Shown here: one piece after another, positions 9,677 through 19,562 of the stretch
Numbering within the stretch: the first letter of the stretch is position 1
Layout: every line of letters starts with the position of its first letter
Source: Candidatus Omnitrophota bacterium
GTDB lineage: Bacteria; Omnitrophota; Gorgyraeia; Zapsychrales; JANLHA01
DNA length: 64,000 nucleotides
Direction of reading: 5' to 3'
Assembly: GCA_040753435.1 (NCBI GenBank)
Contig: JBFMEN010000069.1
Span: forward strand, 47,551-111,550
Notes under the pieces: model-generated
Told to the model about the DNA's origin: nothing
The model's input: only the letters and a program-made list of their open reading frames with translations
Databases searched by the model: none
Made by a program: the position numbers and the translations under genes

Positions 9677-10253
9677 TATGCAAATCGATTTTTGTCCAGG
9701 CGGAGCATTGCCGGTTCCTCACGGTCATGAAATCGTTCCCTCCCTGAATAAATATATCGATCTTTTTTTCGATGAAAAATATCCAGTCTTGGCCTCAAGA
9801 GACTGGCATGCGTATAACTCAAAGCATTTCGATGTTCTGGGAGGACAATGGCCTGTTCATTGTGTCCAGGGAACCGAAGGCGCAAAATTTTATCCCATGC
9901 TGCATCTTCCGCCAAATGTGATTGTTCTTTCCAAAGGAATGGACCCGGATGAAGACGGTTATTCTGTCTTTGCTGCTGAGAGTGAAGATGGGGAACGGTT
10001 TGCGGATATTCTTGAGCGTTTAAATGTGAAGGATCTCTTTGTCGGCGGGTTGGCAACTGATTATTGTGTGAAACAAACCGTTCTGGATGCGTTGGCATTT
10101 GGATTCAAGACCTATCTGCTGATTGATGCAACAAAAGGGGTTAATGCTTCAGCGAACGATGTCGCCAACGCAATAAAAGAGATGAGAGATAGCGGTGTGG
10201 AAGAAATTAATTATGATCAACTTGAGAATATGACGCGGTACCGCAAGGCGTGA
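9645..10253 (+). CDS. pncA: Nicotinamidase/pyrazinamidase
   Basis: VDMQIDFCPGGAL, RDWH, WPVHCVQGT, GLATDYCV. Confidence 0.92.
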   Translation: MKRGRGLLIVDMQIDFCPGGALPVPHGHEIVPSLNKYIDLFFDEKYPVLASRDWHAYNSKHFDVLGGQWPVHCVQGTEGAKFYPMLHLPPNVIVLSKGMDPDEDGYSVFAAESEDGERFADILERLNVKDLFVGGLATDYCVKQTVLDALAFGFKTYLLIDATKGVNASANDVANAIKEMRDSGVEEINYDQLENMTRYRKA

Positions 10254-10380
10254 GCACGAAATGAAAGGCGAGGTGGAATGAATCGGCAGCGGTTTTTTTA
10301 CCCGACCCCGGGAGCGAATACCGGGGGTGGAAATCGGAGAGATTATCAATGCCCGGGCATTAAGGATATAATTTGCAGAA

Positions 10381-11565
10381 ATGAAAAGTGAAGTTAAAGA
10401 AAATATTATAGTTGCCGGAGGCGGTTTTGCCGGATTGGCAGCGCTGGAGCGGTTGTCAAAAAATGATCTAATCCGGCGCAAGCACCGTCTTGTTCTGATT
10501 GATCGCAAAGAAGAATCCGATTTTCTCCCAATGGCTCCCGATGTTATGGCAGGATGGCTTGAACCCCGGCATGCCTCAGTTAGTTTACGAAAGCATTGCC
10601 GGTCAAGAAACGTCGAGTTTATAAAGGGTGATATTGAAGGAGTGGATTTGGGGAAAAAACTGATTCGGCTTCCTCATGAAGAAATAAATTTCAGCTATCT
10701 TGTTTTGTCATGTGGTGGAGAACCTGGTTTCTTCGGCAACGACGTTTTTAAACAGCGCTGTTTAAAATTGAATTCCATTCAAGATGCAATTAAAGCCCGA
10801 GAAACTCTGCGTAAAGCAGTAAAAAGTCCGGAGCAATTTAACATCGTAATTATCGGAGGAGGATATACCGGGATTGAAGCGGCGATGGCTTGCCGATTCT
10901 TTCTTAAACGTCATGGTGGAGAGCATGCCGTTATTACCATTGTTGAAAAAGCGAGTGATGTTTTGCTGATGGTCCCTGACTGGTTGAGGATAAGGGTCAG
11001 GAATGTTTTGCGATGCAATCGGATTAATATCCGGACAGGCGACAGCCTTGTTAGTTTCGAGGGAGGAACAGCCTGTTTTAAAAAAAGCGGTCCGCTGGGT
11101 AATGCGTTTTGTATTTGGTCAGCAGGCGTTATTACGTCAGCGTTTATTCAAAATATCGCTTCTGAGAAAAACCGAACAAGGATTATTGTTGATGAATATC
11201 TCAGGATGCGAAACTCTCAGCATGATTCCGTTTTTCTGGCCGGAGATAATGCGGCTTTTCTTGATACAGATGGTAACCCTATTCGAATGGCGGTTAAATT
11301 TGCTATTGATCAGGGAAGTCTGGCAGCTGCAAATATTGTTCATATGATACGTAATGAAGAACTGGAAAAATATAGTCCGGTGGATGTCGGTTTTTTGATC
11401 CCGTTAATGGAGGGACGGGCGCCGGGAATCGTTCTCGGCAGGCGAGTCACGGGTAAAATGGGTTTTTTTCTTCATTACTTTATGTGTGTTTTTCGTTCTT
11501 ACGGTAGAAATAAATGGGGGATTCTTTGGGATTTCATGGTTTCCCGGAGAAAATCAGTGAGTTAA
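10381..11565 (+). CDS. NDH-2-like FAD/NAD(P)-dependent oxidoreductase
   Basis: [29 protein letters not shown]. Confidence 0.8.
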   Translation: MKSEVKENIIVAGGGFAGLAALERLSKNDLIRRKHRLVLIDRKEESDFLPMAPDVMAGWLEPRHASVSLRKHCRSRNVEFIKGDIEGVDLGKKLIRLPHEEINFSYLVLSCGGEPGFFGNDVFKQRCLKLNSIQDAIKARETLRKAVKSPEQFNIVIIGGGYTGIEAAMACRFFLKRHGGEHAVITIVEKASDVLLMVPDWLRIRVRNVLRCNRINIRTGDSLVSFEGGTACFKKSGPLGNAFCIWSAGVITSAFIQNIASEKNRTRIIVDEYLRMRNSQHDSVFLAGDNAAFLDTDGNPIRMAVKFAIDQGSLAAANIVHMIRNEELEKYSPVDVGFLIPLMEGRAPGIVLGRRVTGKMGFFLHYFMCVFRSYGRNKWGILWDFMVSRRKSVS

Positions 11566-11578
11566 GAAAGGAGAAAAG

Positions 11579-12004
11579 ATGGAGGAATCGGTATATAAAG
11601 TCATTGAAATTACGGGGTCATCAAAAACTGATATGGAAGCTGCCATTCAAAATGCCATAAGCCAAACGGCCAAAACCGTTAAAGAAATACGCTGGTTTGA
11701 AGTTCTGAATACTCGTGGTTATGTAGAAAACGATCATGTGGCTTATTGGCAGGTGACCATCAAGATCGGTTTCCATGTCGACCAGAAGATCCAGGAGGAA
11801 TCGCATATGAAGAGTAACGTTTCCGTTAATAAAGGAAAAGAGACATCTGGAAAATATCGTTGTCTTGTTTGCGGTTATATCTATGATCCTGAAAAAGGTG
11901 ATCCGACCGCCGGGATTGAACCGGGGACGCTTTTTGAGAAGCTGCCCGCTGACTGGAAGTGCCCTGAATGCGGCGTGGGCAAGGACCAGTTCGAACCAAT
12001 GTAA
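11579..12004 (+). CDS. Dodecin-rubredoxin fusion protein
   Basis: [11 protein letters not shown]...AIQNAI...WFEV...WQVTIKIGF (dodecin); [12 protein letters not shown]...WKCPECG (rubredoxin). Confidence 0.88.
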   Translation: MEESVYKVIEITGSSKTDMEAAIQNAISQTAKTVKEIRWFEVLNTRGYVENDHVAYWQVTIKIGFHVDQKIQEESHMKSNVSVNKGKETSGKYRCLVCGYIYDPEKGDPTAGIEPGTLFEKLPADWKCPECGVGKDQFEPM

Positions 12005-12020
12005 AATAAGGAGAATTGGT

Positions 12021-12422
12021 ATGAAAAATTATGATCTGGCGCTGCTGATACTGCGTCTGGCTCTTGGGATTATTTTTATTGCACATGGAATGCAGAAACT
12101 TTTTGGAACATTCGGAGGATCAGGGGTCGATGGCTTTTCAAAAATGCTGATGAGCCAGGGTTTTCCTTTTCCTGAGGTCCTGGCCTGGCTGGTTGCCCTG
12201 ACTGAATTTCTCGGCGGGATCGGCCTTGTTTTCGGGATTGTTCCGAGGATTTGCGCATTCGGAATCGGGATAGTCATCGCTGTGGCGATTTGGAAGGTTC
12301 ATTTCCAAAGCGGGCTTTTTAGTTCCTCAGGGGGCTATGAATATCAATTGCTTATTTTAGCGTCGTGCTTAGTAATTCTTCTTTGTGGTGCCGGGAAGTT
12401 TTCATTCTTTGATCGTTTTTAA
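12021..12422 (+). CDS. DoxX-family membrane protein
   Basis: LRLALGIIFIAHGMQKLFG, EFLGG, GGYEY, GAGKFS; AAGGAG RBS. Confidence 0.9.
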   Translation: MKNYDLALLILRLALGIIFIAHGMQKLFGTFGGSGVDGFSKMLMSQGFPFPEVLAWLVALTEFLGGIGLVFGIVPRICAFGIGIVIAVAIWKVHFQSGLFSSSGGYEYQLLILASCLVILLCGAGKFSFFDRF

Positions 12423-12457
12423 CAATAAAAAAGGGCTGAAGACTGAAAGGATGGGCG

Positions 12458-13000
12458 ATGAAGTTTAAAACTATTTTTTTTATTTTAGCATTGATCAGTC
12501 TTTTGCTGAATTTTTCTTATTGCCAGGAGGTGTTAAAGGCAAAGGCTGATCTTTATAACCCGGAAGGAAATAAAATCGGAACAGTTTATTTTGAGGAGAA
12601 AGCCGATATTGTAAAGATAACTGTTAATGTCACTGATCTTCCTCCCGGGACCAGGGCTTTACATATTCATGAAGAAGGCCGATGCGATCCGCCGGATTTT
12701 AAAACTGCCGGCGGGCATTTTAATCCTTACGATAAGCAGCATGGTTTTTTAAATCCGGAAGGACCTCATGCCGGAGACCTTCCCAATTTTGAAGTCAATA
12801 ATACCGGGATGACAACATTTACCGTTTTTACAAAACGTGTGACACTGGAACAGGATCACGCCAATTCTATATCAAGCGAAGGCGGGCGGTCTGTAATTGT
12901 TCATGAAAACCCGGATGATTATATTACTGACCCTGCCGGCATGGCCGGAAATCGTATCGCCTGTGGCATTGTTGAATCCATGACAAACGGAACGGATTAA
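12458..13000 (+). CDS. sodC: Cu/Zn superoxide dismutase, exported
   Basis: Signal peptide; HIHE, AGGHFNP..KQHG, HAGDLPN, VHENPDD, RIACG. Confidence 0.9.
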   Translation: MKFKTIFFILALISLLLNFSYCQEVLKAKADLYNPEGNKIGTVYFEEKADIVKITVNVTDLPPGTRALHIHEEGRCDPPDFKTAGGHFNPYDKQHGFLNPEGPHAGDLPNFEVNNTGMTTFTVFTKRVTLEQDHANSISSEGGRSVIVHENPDDYITDPAGMAGNRIACGIVESMTNGTD

Positions 13001-13013
13001 AGGAAGTTAATTA

Positions 13014-13829
13014 ATGGTATTGATACCAGAAGACAGGGAGAGGCAGGAGTTGCTATCGCTGGCCAAAAAGGCTGCGAAGGAAGGCGGAGAAATTCATCGC
13101 CGTTATTATCATCAGGACATTCCGGTTCAAACAAAAGGCGTATCTTTCGATCTTGTCTCCGTGGTTGATACCGAATCTGAAAAATGTATTCTTGATATCA
13201 TTCAAAAGCATTACCCTGCGCATAATCTCCTTTCCGAAGAACGTGGGATTATTCAGAAAGGATCGGAACTTACCTGGGTGATTGATCCTTTAGATGGAAC
13301 AACAAATTTTATTTTCGGCATACCTCTTTTTTGTTCTTCCGTTGCCCTTGTTTATGGTAACCAGACTGTTGTTGGCGCTGTTTATGATGCCGTTCATGAC
13401 GAGATGTTCTCTGCAGTAGCAGGACAAGGGGCTTGGTTAAACGATCAGCGGATATCGGTTTCATCAGTCGGATTACTCGAAGAATCCATGATGATTACCG
13501 GCTTCTTTTATGATCGAAGTGAAGCGATGATAAAAAATCTTGAGAGCATGAAACATTTTTTTGAAGCTTCTGTGCGCGGAATCAGACGTTTCGGTTCAGC
13601 AGCGCTGGATTTGTGTTATGTGGCATCAGGACGAGCAACAGGTTTCTGGGAATTTCGTTTAAATCCCTGGGATTTTGCCGCCGGAGCACTGATCGTGCAG
13701 GAAGCCGGCGGAACGGTTTCAAACCTGAGAGGTGAAAATATTGATCCAACGAAGCAATCATATATTGTCGCTTCTAACGGCCGGATTCATCCGGAAGTTT
13801 TAAGTATTCTGCAAATGGTAGAAAAATAG
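13014..13829 (+). CDS. suhB: Inositol monophosphatase family protein
   Basis: SEE, WVIDPLDGTTNF, RRFGSAALDL, PWDFAAG. Confidence 0.9.
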   Translation: MVLIPEDRERQELLSLAKKAAKEGGEIHRRYYHQDIPVQTKGVSFDLVSVVDTESEKCILDIIQKHYPAHNLLSEERGIIQKGSELTWVIDPLDGTTNFIFGIPLFCSSVALVYGNQTVVGAVYDAVHDEMFSAVAGQGAWLNDQRISVSSVGLLEESMMITGFFYDRSEAMIKNLESMKHFFEASVRGIRRFGSAALDLCYVASGRATGFWEFRLNPWDFAAGALIVQEAGGTVSNLRGENIDPTKQSYIVASNGRIHPEVLSILQMVEK

Positions 13830-13869
13830 CGTTGAAGGTTTACGGTGATGAGAGTGAAAGTGAGATATC

Positions 13870-15810
13870 ATGGCGCCTGCGGAACTTCCTGAACTTGATG
13901 ATCGAAAAACGGCTGACAAGAATTTACGTGGCTCATTCTGGGGACTCCTGATCTGGTTTTTGTTGATGTGGTTCCTTGTTTCCTCAATCTTTGGCTATTT
14001 TCAAGAAAAAAGCCAAGTCGAAATCCCTTACTCCAGTTTTAAAGAAGAAATCAGAAATAACAATATCGACAGCGTCACGATTGCAGGCAGCAGGATCATT
14101 GGACGGTTTAAACGAAGTTATCTGCCTGAAAATATTTCTTCTCCCGAAGCAACTGGCCCTTCCCAAGGAACGCGATATCAAATGTTTTCAACAGTGAAAC
14201 CAGATGTTGAGGATCCGGAATTACTCCAATTGCTTGAAGAGTATGATGTAGTGGTTAATGTGGAACCAGAAGAGCAGCCATGGTTTTTTCAATTGCTGAT
14301 TTATCTTTTGCCATGGATCCTGATTATCGGTTTTTTTGTTTATACAGGTCGCAAGGCTGGAGAACAGATGAAAAATATGGGTGGAGGAGGAGCGGGAGGA
14401 ATCTTTGGTATCGGCCAATCCCGCGCCAAACGATATTACCGTTCAATTACCAATATTACTTTTAAGGATGTAGCTGGTCTTGAGAATGCAAAACAGGATC
14501 TTACTGAAATCATCGAATATTTAAAGAATCCGAAAAAATTTGCTCGTCTCGGGGCTACGGTGCCCAAAGGAATCCTGTTGCTGGGACCCCCTGGATGCGG
14601 AAAAACACTCCTGGCCAGGGCAACTGCCGGTGAAGCCAATATACCTTTCTTTAGCATCAGCGGATCTGAATTCGTTGAAATGTTTGTTGGGGTTGGCGCT
14701 TCCCGTGTCCGCGACATGTTTATGAATGCAAAACGCGAAGCCCCCTCGATTATATTTATTGACGAAATTGATTCTATCGGAAGAACGCGAGGCTCCGGAT
14801 ACGGCGGGGGTCATGATGAACGCGAACAAACTTTAAATCAGATTTTATCAGAGATGGATGGATTTGAACCGCAGCAGTCTGTAGTTGTCATGGCTGCTAC
14901 GAACCGTCCCGACGTCCTCGATCCTGCCTTAACGCGCCCGGGCAGATTTGACCGTCATATCACGATTGAACTGCCGAAGAAACAGGCCAGGATTCATATT
15001 CTTCAGATTCATGTCAGGGATGTTCCCTTAAAGGAGGACGTTGATCTTGAAAATCTTGCTGCGCGCGCGGTCGGTTTCTCAGGGGCGGATTTAAAGAATC
15101 TTGTCAATGAAGCCGCACTGTTAGCCGGAAGAAAAAACAAGGAGAAGGTTGACTCCTCGGATTTCGAAGAAGCACGGGACAAGGTCTTGTTGGGCGCGGA
15201 ACGTGAAGAACTTTTGGATGAGCGCGAAAAAAATTTAATTGCATTTCATGAGGCAGGACATGCTTTACTGGCAAAACTCTTGCCTGATGCCGATCCACTT
15301 CAAAAAGTGACCATAATTCCTCGGGGAGCAGCGCTTGGTTCAACTGAGCAAATCCCGGAAATCGACAGGCATAATTATAGTCGTTCCTATTTGCTTGATT
15401 TAATAACGGTAAGGCTTGGCGGCCGGTCAGCGGAAGGATTGGTATTCGGAGAAGTAAGTAACGGGGCAGCCGCGGATCTTAAACAGGTGACCCAGATTGC
15501 AAGGAAAATGATATGCCAATGGGGGATGAGCGATCGGATCGGACCCATTAGTTATCAAATGTTGGAAGACCATGTTTTTTTGGGACAAGAGCTGAGCGAA
15601 CAAAAAGATTTTAGTGAATATACAGCCCGGATTATCGATGAAGAGATCCACCGCATTATTTCTGAATCAGAGCAAAGGGCGATGGATGTGATTAAAAATA
15701 ACCGGGGGAAACTTGAAATCATTGCGCAAGCATTGGTTCGTAATGAAACCCTTTCTAACGATGAAATTGACAAACTGCTGAACTCGTCGGATTCTCACCA
15801 AACATCCTGA
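13870..15810 (+). CDS. ftsH: ATP-dependent zinc metalloprotease FtsH
   Basis: Two TM segments, GPPGCGKT, IIFIDEID, ATNRPDVLDPAL.RPGRFDR, HEAGH. Confidence 0.97.
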   Translation: MAPAELPELDDRKTADKNLRGSFWGLLIWFLLMWFLVSSIFGYFQEKSQVEIPYSSFKEEIRNNNIDSVTIAGSRIIGRFKRSYLPENISSPEATGPSQGTRYQMFSTVKPDVEDPELLQLLEEYDVVVNVEPEEQPWFFQLLIYLLPWILIIGFFVYTGRKAGEQMKNMGGGGAGGIFGIGQSRAKRYYRSITNITFKDVAGLENAKQDLTEIIEYLKNPKKFARLGATVPKGILLLGPPGCGKTLLARATAGEANIPFFSISGSEFVEMFVGVGASRVRDMFMNAKREAPSIIFIDEIDSIGRTRGSGYGGGHDEREQTLNQILSEMDGFEPQQSVVVMAATNRPDVLDPALTRPGRFDRHITIELPKKQARIHILQIHVRDVPLKEDVDLENLAARAVGFSGADLKNLVNEAALLAGRKNKEKVDSSDFEEARDKVLLGAEREELLDEREKNLIAFHEAGHALLAKLLPDADPLQKVTIIPRGAALGSTEQIPEIDRHNYSRSYLLDLITVRLGGRSAEGLVFGEVSNGAAADLKQVTQIARKMICQWGMSDRIGPISYQMLEDHVFLGQELSEQKDFSEYTARIIDEEIHRIISESEQRAMDVIKNNRGKLEIIAQALVRNETLSNDEIDKLLNSSDSHQTS

Positions 15811-15936
15811 TATTCCATACATTTTTATCTGGGGGAAGAAAGTCTATTTTAAGTGGCGCAAGCTGATTTAGAAAACCATGGGTTTTCGTTAGAGTAGGAA
15901 GAGCTCATAATTTATACCTTTAAATCAGGAAACCAT

Positions 15937-16623
15937 ATGTTGCTGAGCTTAACTCATTTAAAAGGACGCCAGTTAAAGACAAAGAACGGTGAGGCCGGGC
16001 GCATCAGGGATTTTCATTTTGACGATAAGAAATGGCGGTTGATGCTTTTTGTGACCGATTCGGGTTCCAGGTTTAACGCGCAGAATGTTTACATATCATT
16101 TGTTGAATTTAATAGTAAATCACGATGGCCGGATAACGCCACGTCTATCAATAGTGTCAAAAAATCGCGCAATGAACTGCTGCCTGATACGGATATTTGC
16201 AGCAGTGAAATAAAAAGAGCCGAACAGTTCAGGCATTATTATTACTTGCCGGAGTGGGTCAAGGCCCATCCGGATAAACCATCAATTCTTGGATTGTTTT
16301 ATGAGAGTGATGATCCGGTTGAAAAAAATAAAGAGGTCGATCAGGATCGTTTTCACAGTCTGGAAGAAATGCTCGGGTATCAGGTCAGGGCATTGGACGG
16401 CGATATCGGTCATGTCTCCGATTTGATTGTTGATGATTACTCATGGAAGATTTTTTTTATTGTTTTCCAGATAAACAAACTCCTCGTTTCAAATGAGATG
16501 CTGATAGGGACGATGGATGTTATGCGGGTTCAGTGGCCGACACGTGAAGTTTTCATTGGCACGACAAAGGATCAGGCCTTCAGCTATTCGGGGCTATCAC
16601 ATTCACAAGACCGTTCTCAATAA
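15937..16623 (+). CDS. Tandem PRC-barrel protein (divergent copy)
   Basis: G.I.DFHFDDKKW and GYQVRALDGDIGHVSDLIVDDYSW; paralog of 16646 and 25128 genes. Confidence 0.75.
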   Translation: MLLSLTHLKGRQLKTKNGEAGRIRDFHFDDKKWRLMLFVTDSGSRFNAQNVYISFVEFNSKSRWPDNATSINSVKKSRNELLPDTDICSSEIKRAEQFRHYYYLPEWVKAHPDKPSILGLFYESDDPVEKNKEVDQDRFHSLEEMLGYQVRALDGDIGHVSDLIVDDYSWKIFFIVFQINKLLVSNEMLIGTMDVMRVQWPTREVFIGTTKDQAFSYSGLSHSQDRSQ

Positions 16624-16645
16624 CTCAGTTGATGAAGGGAACAGT

Positions 16646-17389
16646 ATGTTGAGAAGTTTGAAAAGCATATTAGGGTACGCGATTCAGGCGAAGGATGGCC
16701 AAATCGGAAGCGTAAAAGATGCCTTCTTCGATGACGAAAGCTGGGTGATTCGTTATCTGGTCATCGAAACTGGGACCTGGCTATCGGGCAGAAGTGTTTT
16801 GCTGTCGCCGATCGCGTTTACCCCCCCAAATACAAAACCGGATTGGAGTACGAAAACGATAGAAGTATCCTTGACAAAAGAACAGGTGAGGGTATCGCCA
16901 GATGTTGACGCAGATAAACCTGTTTCCCGTCAGAATGAGATAAAGATGAGCCAGCATTATAAGTGGTCGAAATATTGGGAGCATGATTTTTTTGCAGTTC
17001 CCAGAACCAAATACACGATCCCTGATATAGCCGTTGATGATGAGGGCAATGACCTGCATGTGAGGAGTGCAAGAGAAATTTTGGGTTATTTAGTCCACGG
17101 AATTGACGGTAATGCCGGGCGCGCAGAGGATTTCATTATTGATGATGAAACATGGCATCTGGTCTATTTTGTTGTCGGCATAAAGAAAATCTTTCCCGGG
17201 AAGAAAGTCTTGCTTGCCCTGGAATGGATTAAGTCGATCAGTTGGGAGAGATCCCGGGTTGACGTAGATTTGAGCTGCGACAGCGTTCGAAATGGACCCG
17301 AATTCCATCCTGATGAACCGGTTAATCGGGAAGTTGAAGAGGTATTATATGATTTTTATGGAAGGCCGAAATACTGGAGTCAAAGATGA
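16646..17389 (+). CDS. Tandem PRC-barrel protein
   Basis: GYAIQAKDGQIGSVKDAFFDDESWVIRYLV; PVSRQ.E; LYDFYGRPKYW; ATG 16646 after AAGGGA. Confidence 0.85.
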   Translation: MLRSLKSILGYAIQAKDGQIGSVKDAFFDDESWVIRYLVIETGTWLSGRSVLLSPIAFTPPNTKPDWSTKTIEVSLTKEQVRVSPDVDADKPVSRQNEIKMSQHYKWSKYWEHDFFAVPRTKYTIPDIAVDDEGNDLHVRSAREILGYLVHGIDGNAGRAEDFIIDDETWHLVYFVVGIKKIFPGKKVLLALEWIKSISWERSRVDVDLSCDSVRNGPEFHPDEPVNREVEEVLYDFYGRPKYWSQR

Positions 17390-17634
17390 TCAACGGAGAG
17401 GAGCAGATTAAGCGGGCTATTGTCGAGGCGTTATGTGAAGATCCGGATGTGGATGCGGCCGGGATAAGTGTCCGGGTGACGGGATCTTTAGTCGTTTTGA
17501 CCGGAACCGTACCAAATCAACGCGCCAGAGATGCTGCTTATCGTGACGCATTGTTATCAGATGATATTGAAGTAAAAAATTTTATTGTAGTTAATGACAA
17601 CCCGATTGACGACCCTAAAGCGCACATTGCTTGA
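17386..17634 (+). CDS. Single BON-domain protein
   Basis: DPDVDAAGISVRV....VVLTGTVP; ATGA overlap with upstream gene. Confidence 0.75.
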   Translation: MINGEEQIKRAIVEALCEDPDVDAAGISVRVTGSLVVLTGTVPNQRARDAAYRDALLSDDIEVKNFIVVNDNPIDDPKAHIA

Positions 17635-17664
17635 AAAGCCGGTTTGATAGAGAGATAACTTGAG

Positions 17665-18132
17665 ATGGAAACGATTAAGAGAAATATTGAAAACATTTTG
17701 TGCTGGGATAAACGGCTGGAAGGATCAAAGATCCGGGTCGAGGTTGCAAATGGCAGGGTTGTCTTAACCGGGATTGTATTGAATTATCAAGCCTGGGAAT
17801 CGGCGCGCAACGATGCCTTGATTATTCCTGATGTTGTTTCCGTTGAAAGCAGATTAAAGATCCGCAAGCGTGCGCATTTTAAATCACCTCCCGATCAAGT
17901 AATTCAAGAAAAGGTCAGGAAGTTATTTTCAATTAACACGGATGTTCGGAACAAGGATGTTACGATCCATGTTTCCAATGGTAACGTCACGTTAAGAGGG
18001 AATGTCGGCTCGTATTGGGAAAAAATGCTTGCATCGCGAATCGCTTACCAGGTAATAGGAGTGACACGTGTTTTTAATCAGCTTTCCGTCAGTATTACTG
18101 AAAAGAAGCAAAGTGAGTTGGTTTTTAATTAG
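17665..18132 (+). CDS. Double BON-domain protein
   Basis: Two BON repeats; aligns by eye with the first two repeats of 2863-3522. Confidence 0.8.
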   Translation: METIKRNIENILCWDKRLEGSKIRVEVANGRVVLTGIVLNYQAWESARNDALIIPDVVSVESRLKIRKRAHFKSPPDQVIQEKVRKLFSINTDVRNKDVTIHVSNGNVTLRGNVGSYWEKMLASRIAYQVIGVTRVFNQLSVSITEKKQSELVFN

Positions 18133-18173
18133 GAAATGAGGGTTATTGGGCGAAGATATAGAAAGATCAGTTG

Positions 18174-19562
18174 ATGCAGATCAGAGAATATTACGAAGAT
18201 TCGTATGTGCAGGCCAGGATGATTGAGTTTATGGGAGGAAAAAGAGCGGAGGAGAGCACTTGTGTTTATCTTTTGAAGTGTGACGTTGTCGAAGGTGATT
18301 GTATACGAAAGCTTCCGACCGAACTTGAGTTTTTCCTCTTGAATGAAATGGATGTTTGCCGCTCCCTTTGGGACAGAAAATATCTTCTCGTTCATCTCGA
18401 TATCGAATATGTGAATTTTGATTTCCCTGGGGAACCATACCTCGATTATGAGCGGTGTTTTCAACTTCAGCAGCCCCTTATGGATGTTGTCATGAGTATG
18501 TTTGTTAAATATGGTCTTAAACCGTTGCATTTGTTAAGCGGCAGAGGACATCATTTCACCTGGTGTGTAAAACAGAAATCGCCGATATTTCATCAGTTGG
18601 CCGGCATCGGGCGGCTGTCCGAGAACCTTCGAAAAAAATACAGGGAGCCCCATCCACCGACCGGAGAATCTATCGGCGTCCAACTTGGAAAAGCTTTTTC
18701 AGGATTGGGATTGGCTATTGAATATTTGTCGTTTGAGGCAAAAGCTAAAAGTGTTACCCGGATACCAGTTCAGATAACTGCCGTTCGCGTTGAGCCACAG
18801 GAGCGGGGACGCGAAGTCATTTCAATTGATATTTCCGAATACGCCGATCCGCTCGATACCAGGATGATCCGTATTCCGTTCAGCGTTTACCATAAGCATT
18901 TTACTAAGCGATGGCTCATTCCCGATAATCTGCGTGATACTCTTCCGCCAATTTTTTTAATTCCGCTCACTGATCATGATTATCGGAAAGCCATTCGGAT
19001 TATGCGAAATCCTGATGAGGTCCATTCCCTGGCGCGAACGACTTCCGCAACAATTCCCGAATGCCCCAAGGCAATGAAAAGATTGATTGATGATTATAAG
19101 GCCTCCAGATTGGCGCGCTTTCACGAATGGTTTTATTCACAAGAACATGAAGATCCGGAAAATTGGCTGACATCATATGATCAAGCGCCGCTGGATCGGA
19201 TACCCGCCTGCGCCAGAAATATTTTAGAGAATCCCAATGATCTTTTATTGCGACCCGAATGTATTCGTCATGTCGTTATTTGCTTTTTGGCTCTGGGCTG
19301 GCACCCAAGACAGATTGCAGGATTGATTCGCTCTAAATATGAGCGAAATTACGGCTGGGGGAGGCTGTGGTACATTTATGACGCTGCAGAGCGGGCCGAC
19401 TTTTATACACGTGTTTTTTCTGGACTGATTGAGCTTGGGTATGACCTGCTGGACGATTTTACATGTGAAGGGGTTAAAAAGAGCGGAGTTTGTTTCCATG
19501 AAGACGACAAGCACGACCTCGCTTCTTTAAGAAAGTCTGTTTTAAAAAGAAGGTGGTTATGA
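18174..19562 (+). CDS. Putative archaeo-eukaryotic primase (AEP) superfamily protein with PriL-like Cys-containing C-terminal domain
   Basis: Motif I VHLDIE, motif II LSGRGHH, motif III IDISEYADPLDTRMIRIPFSVYHK; C-terminal PAC...FTCEGVKKSGVC. Confidence 0.6.
   Translation: MQIREYYEDSYVQARMIEFMGGKRAEESTCVYLLKCDVVEGDCIRKLPTELEFFLLNEMDVCRSLWDRKYLLVHLDIEYVNFDFPGEPYLDYERCFQLQQPLMDVVMSMFVKYGLKPLHLLSGRGHHFTWCVKQKSPIFHQLAGIGRLSENLRKKYREPHPPTGESIGVQLGKAFSGLGLAIEYLSFEAKAKSVTRIPVQITAVRVEPQERGREVISIDISEYADPLDTRMIRIPFSVYHKHFTKRWLIPDNLRDTLPPIFLIPLTDHDYRKAIRIMRNPDEVHSLARTTSATIPECPKAMKRLIDDYKASRLARFHEWFYSQEHEDPENWLTSYDQAPLDRIPACARNILENPNDLLLRPECIRHVVICFLALGWHPRQIAGLIRSKYERNYGWGRLWYIYDAAERADFYTRVFSGLIELGYDLLDDFTCEGVKKSGVCFHEDDKHDLASLRKSVLKRRWL

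Noticed and set aside
10278-10391. 37-codon ORF with an AGGTGG RBS between pncA and the NDH-2-like gene
   Set aside because: No recognisable motif; may be a remnant or chance ORF, and cannot be supported.
18174-19562. NHEJ LigD polymerase
   Set aside because: No Ku or ligase in the window, and the motif III and C-terminal Cys domain look more like PriS/PriL.
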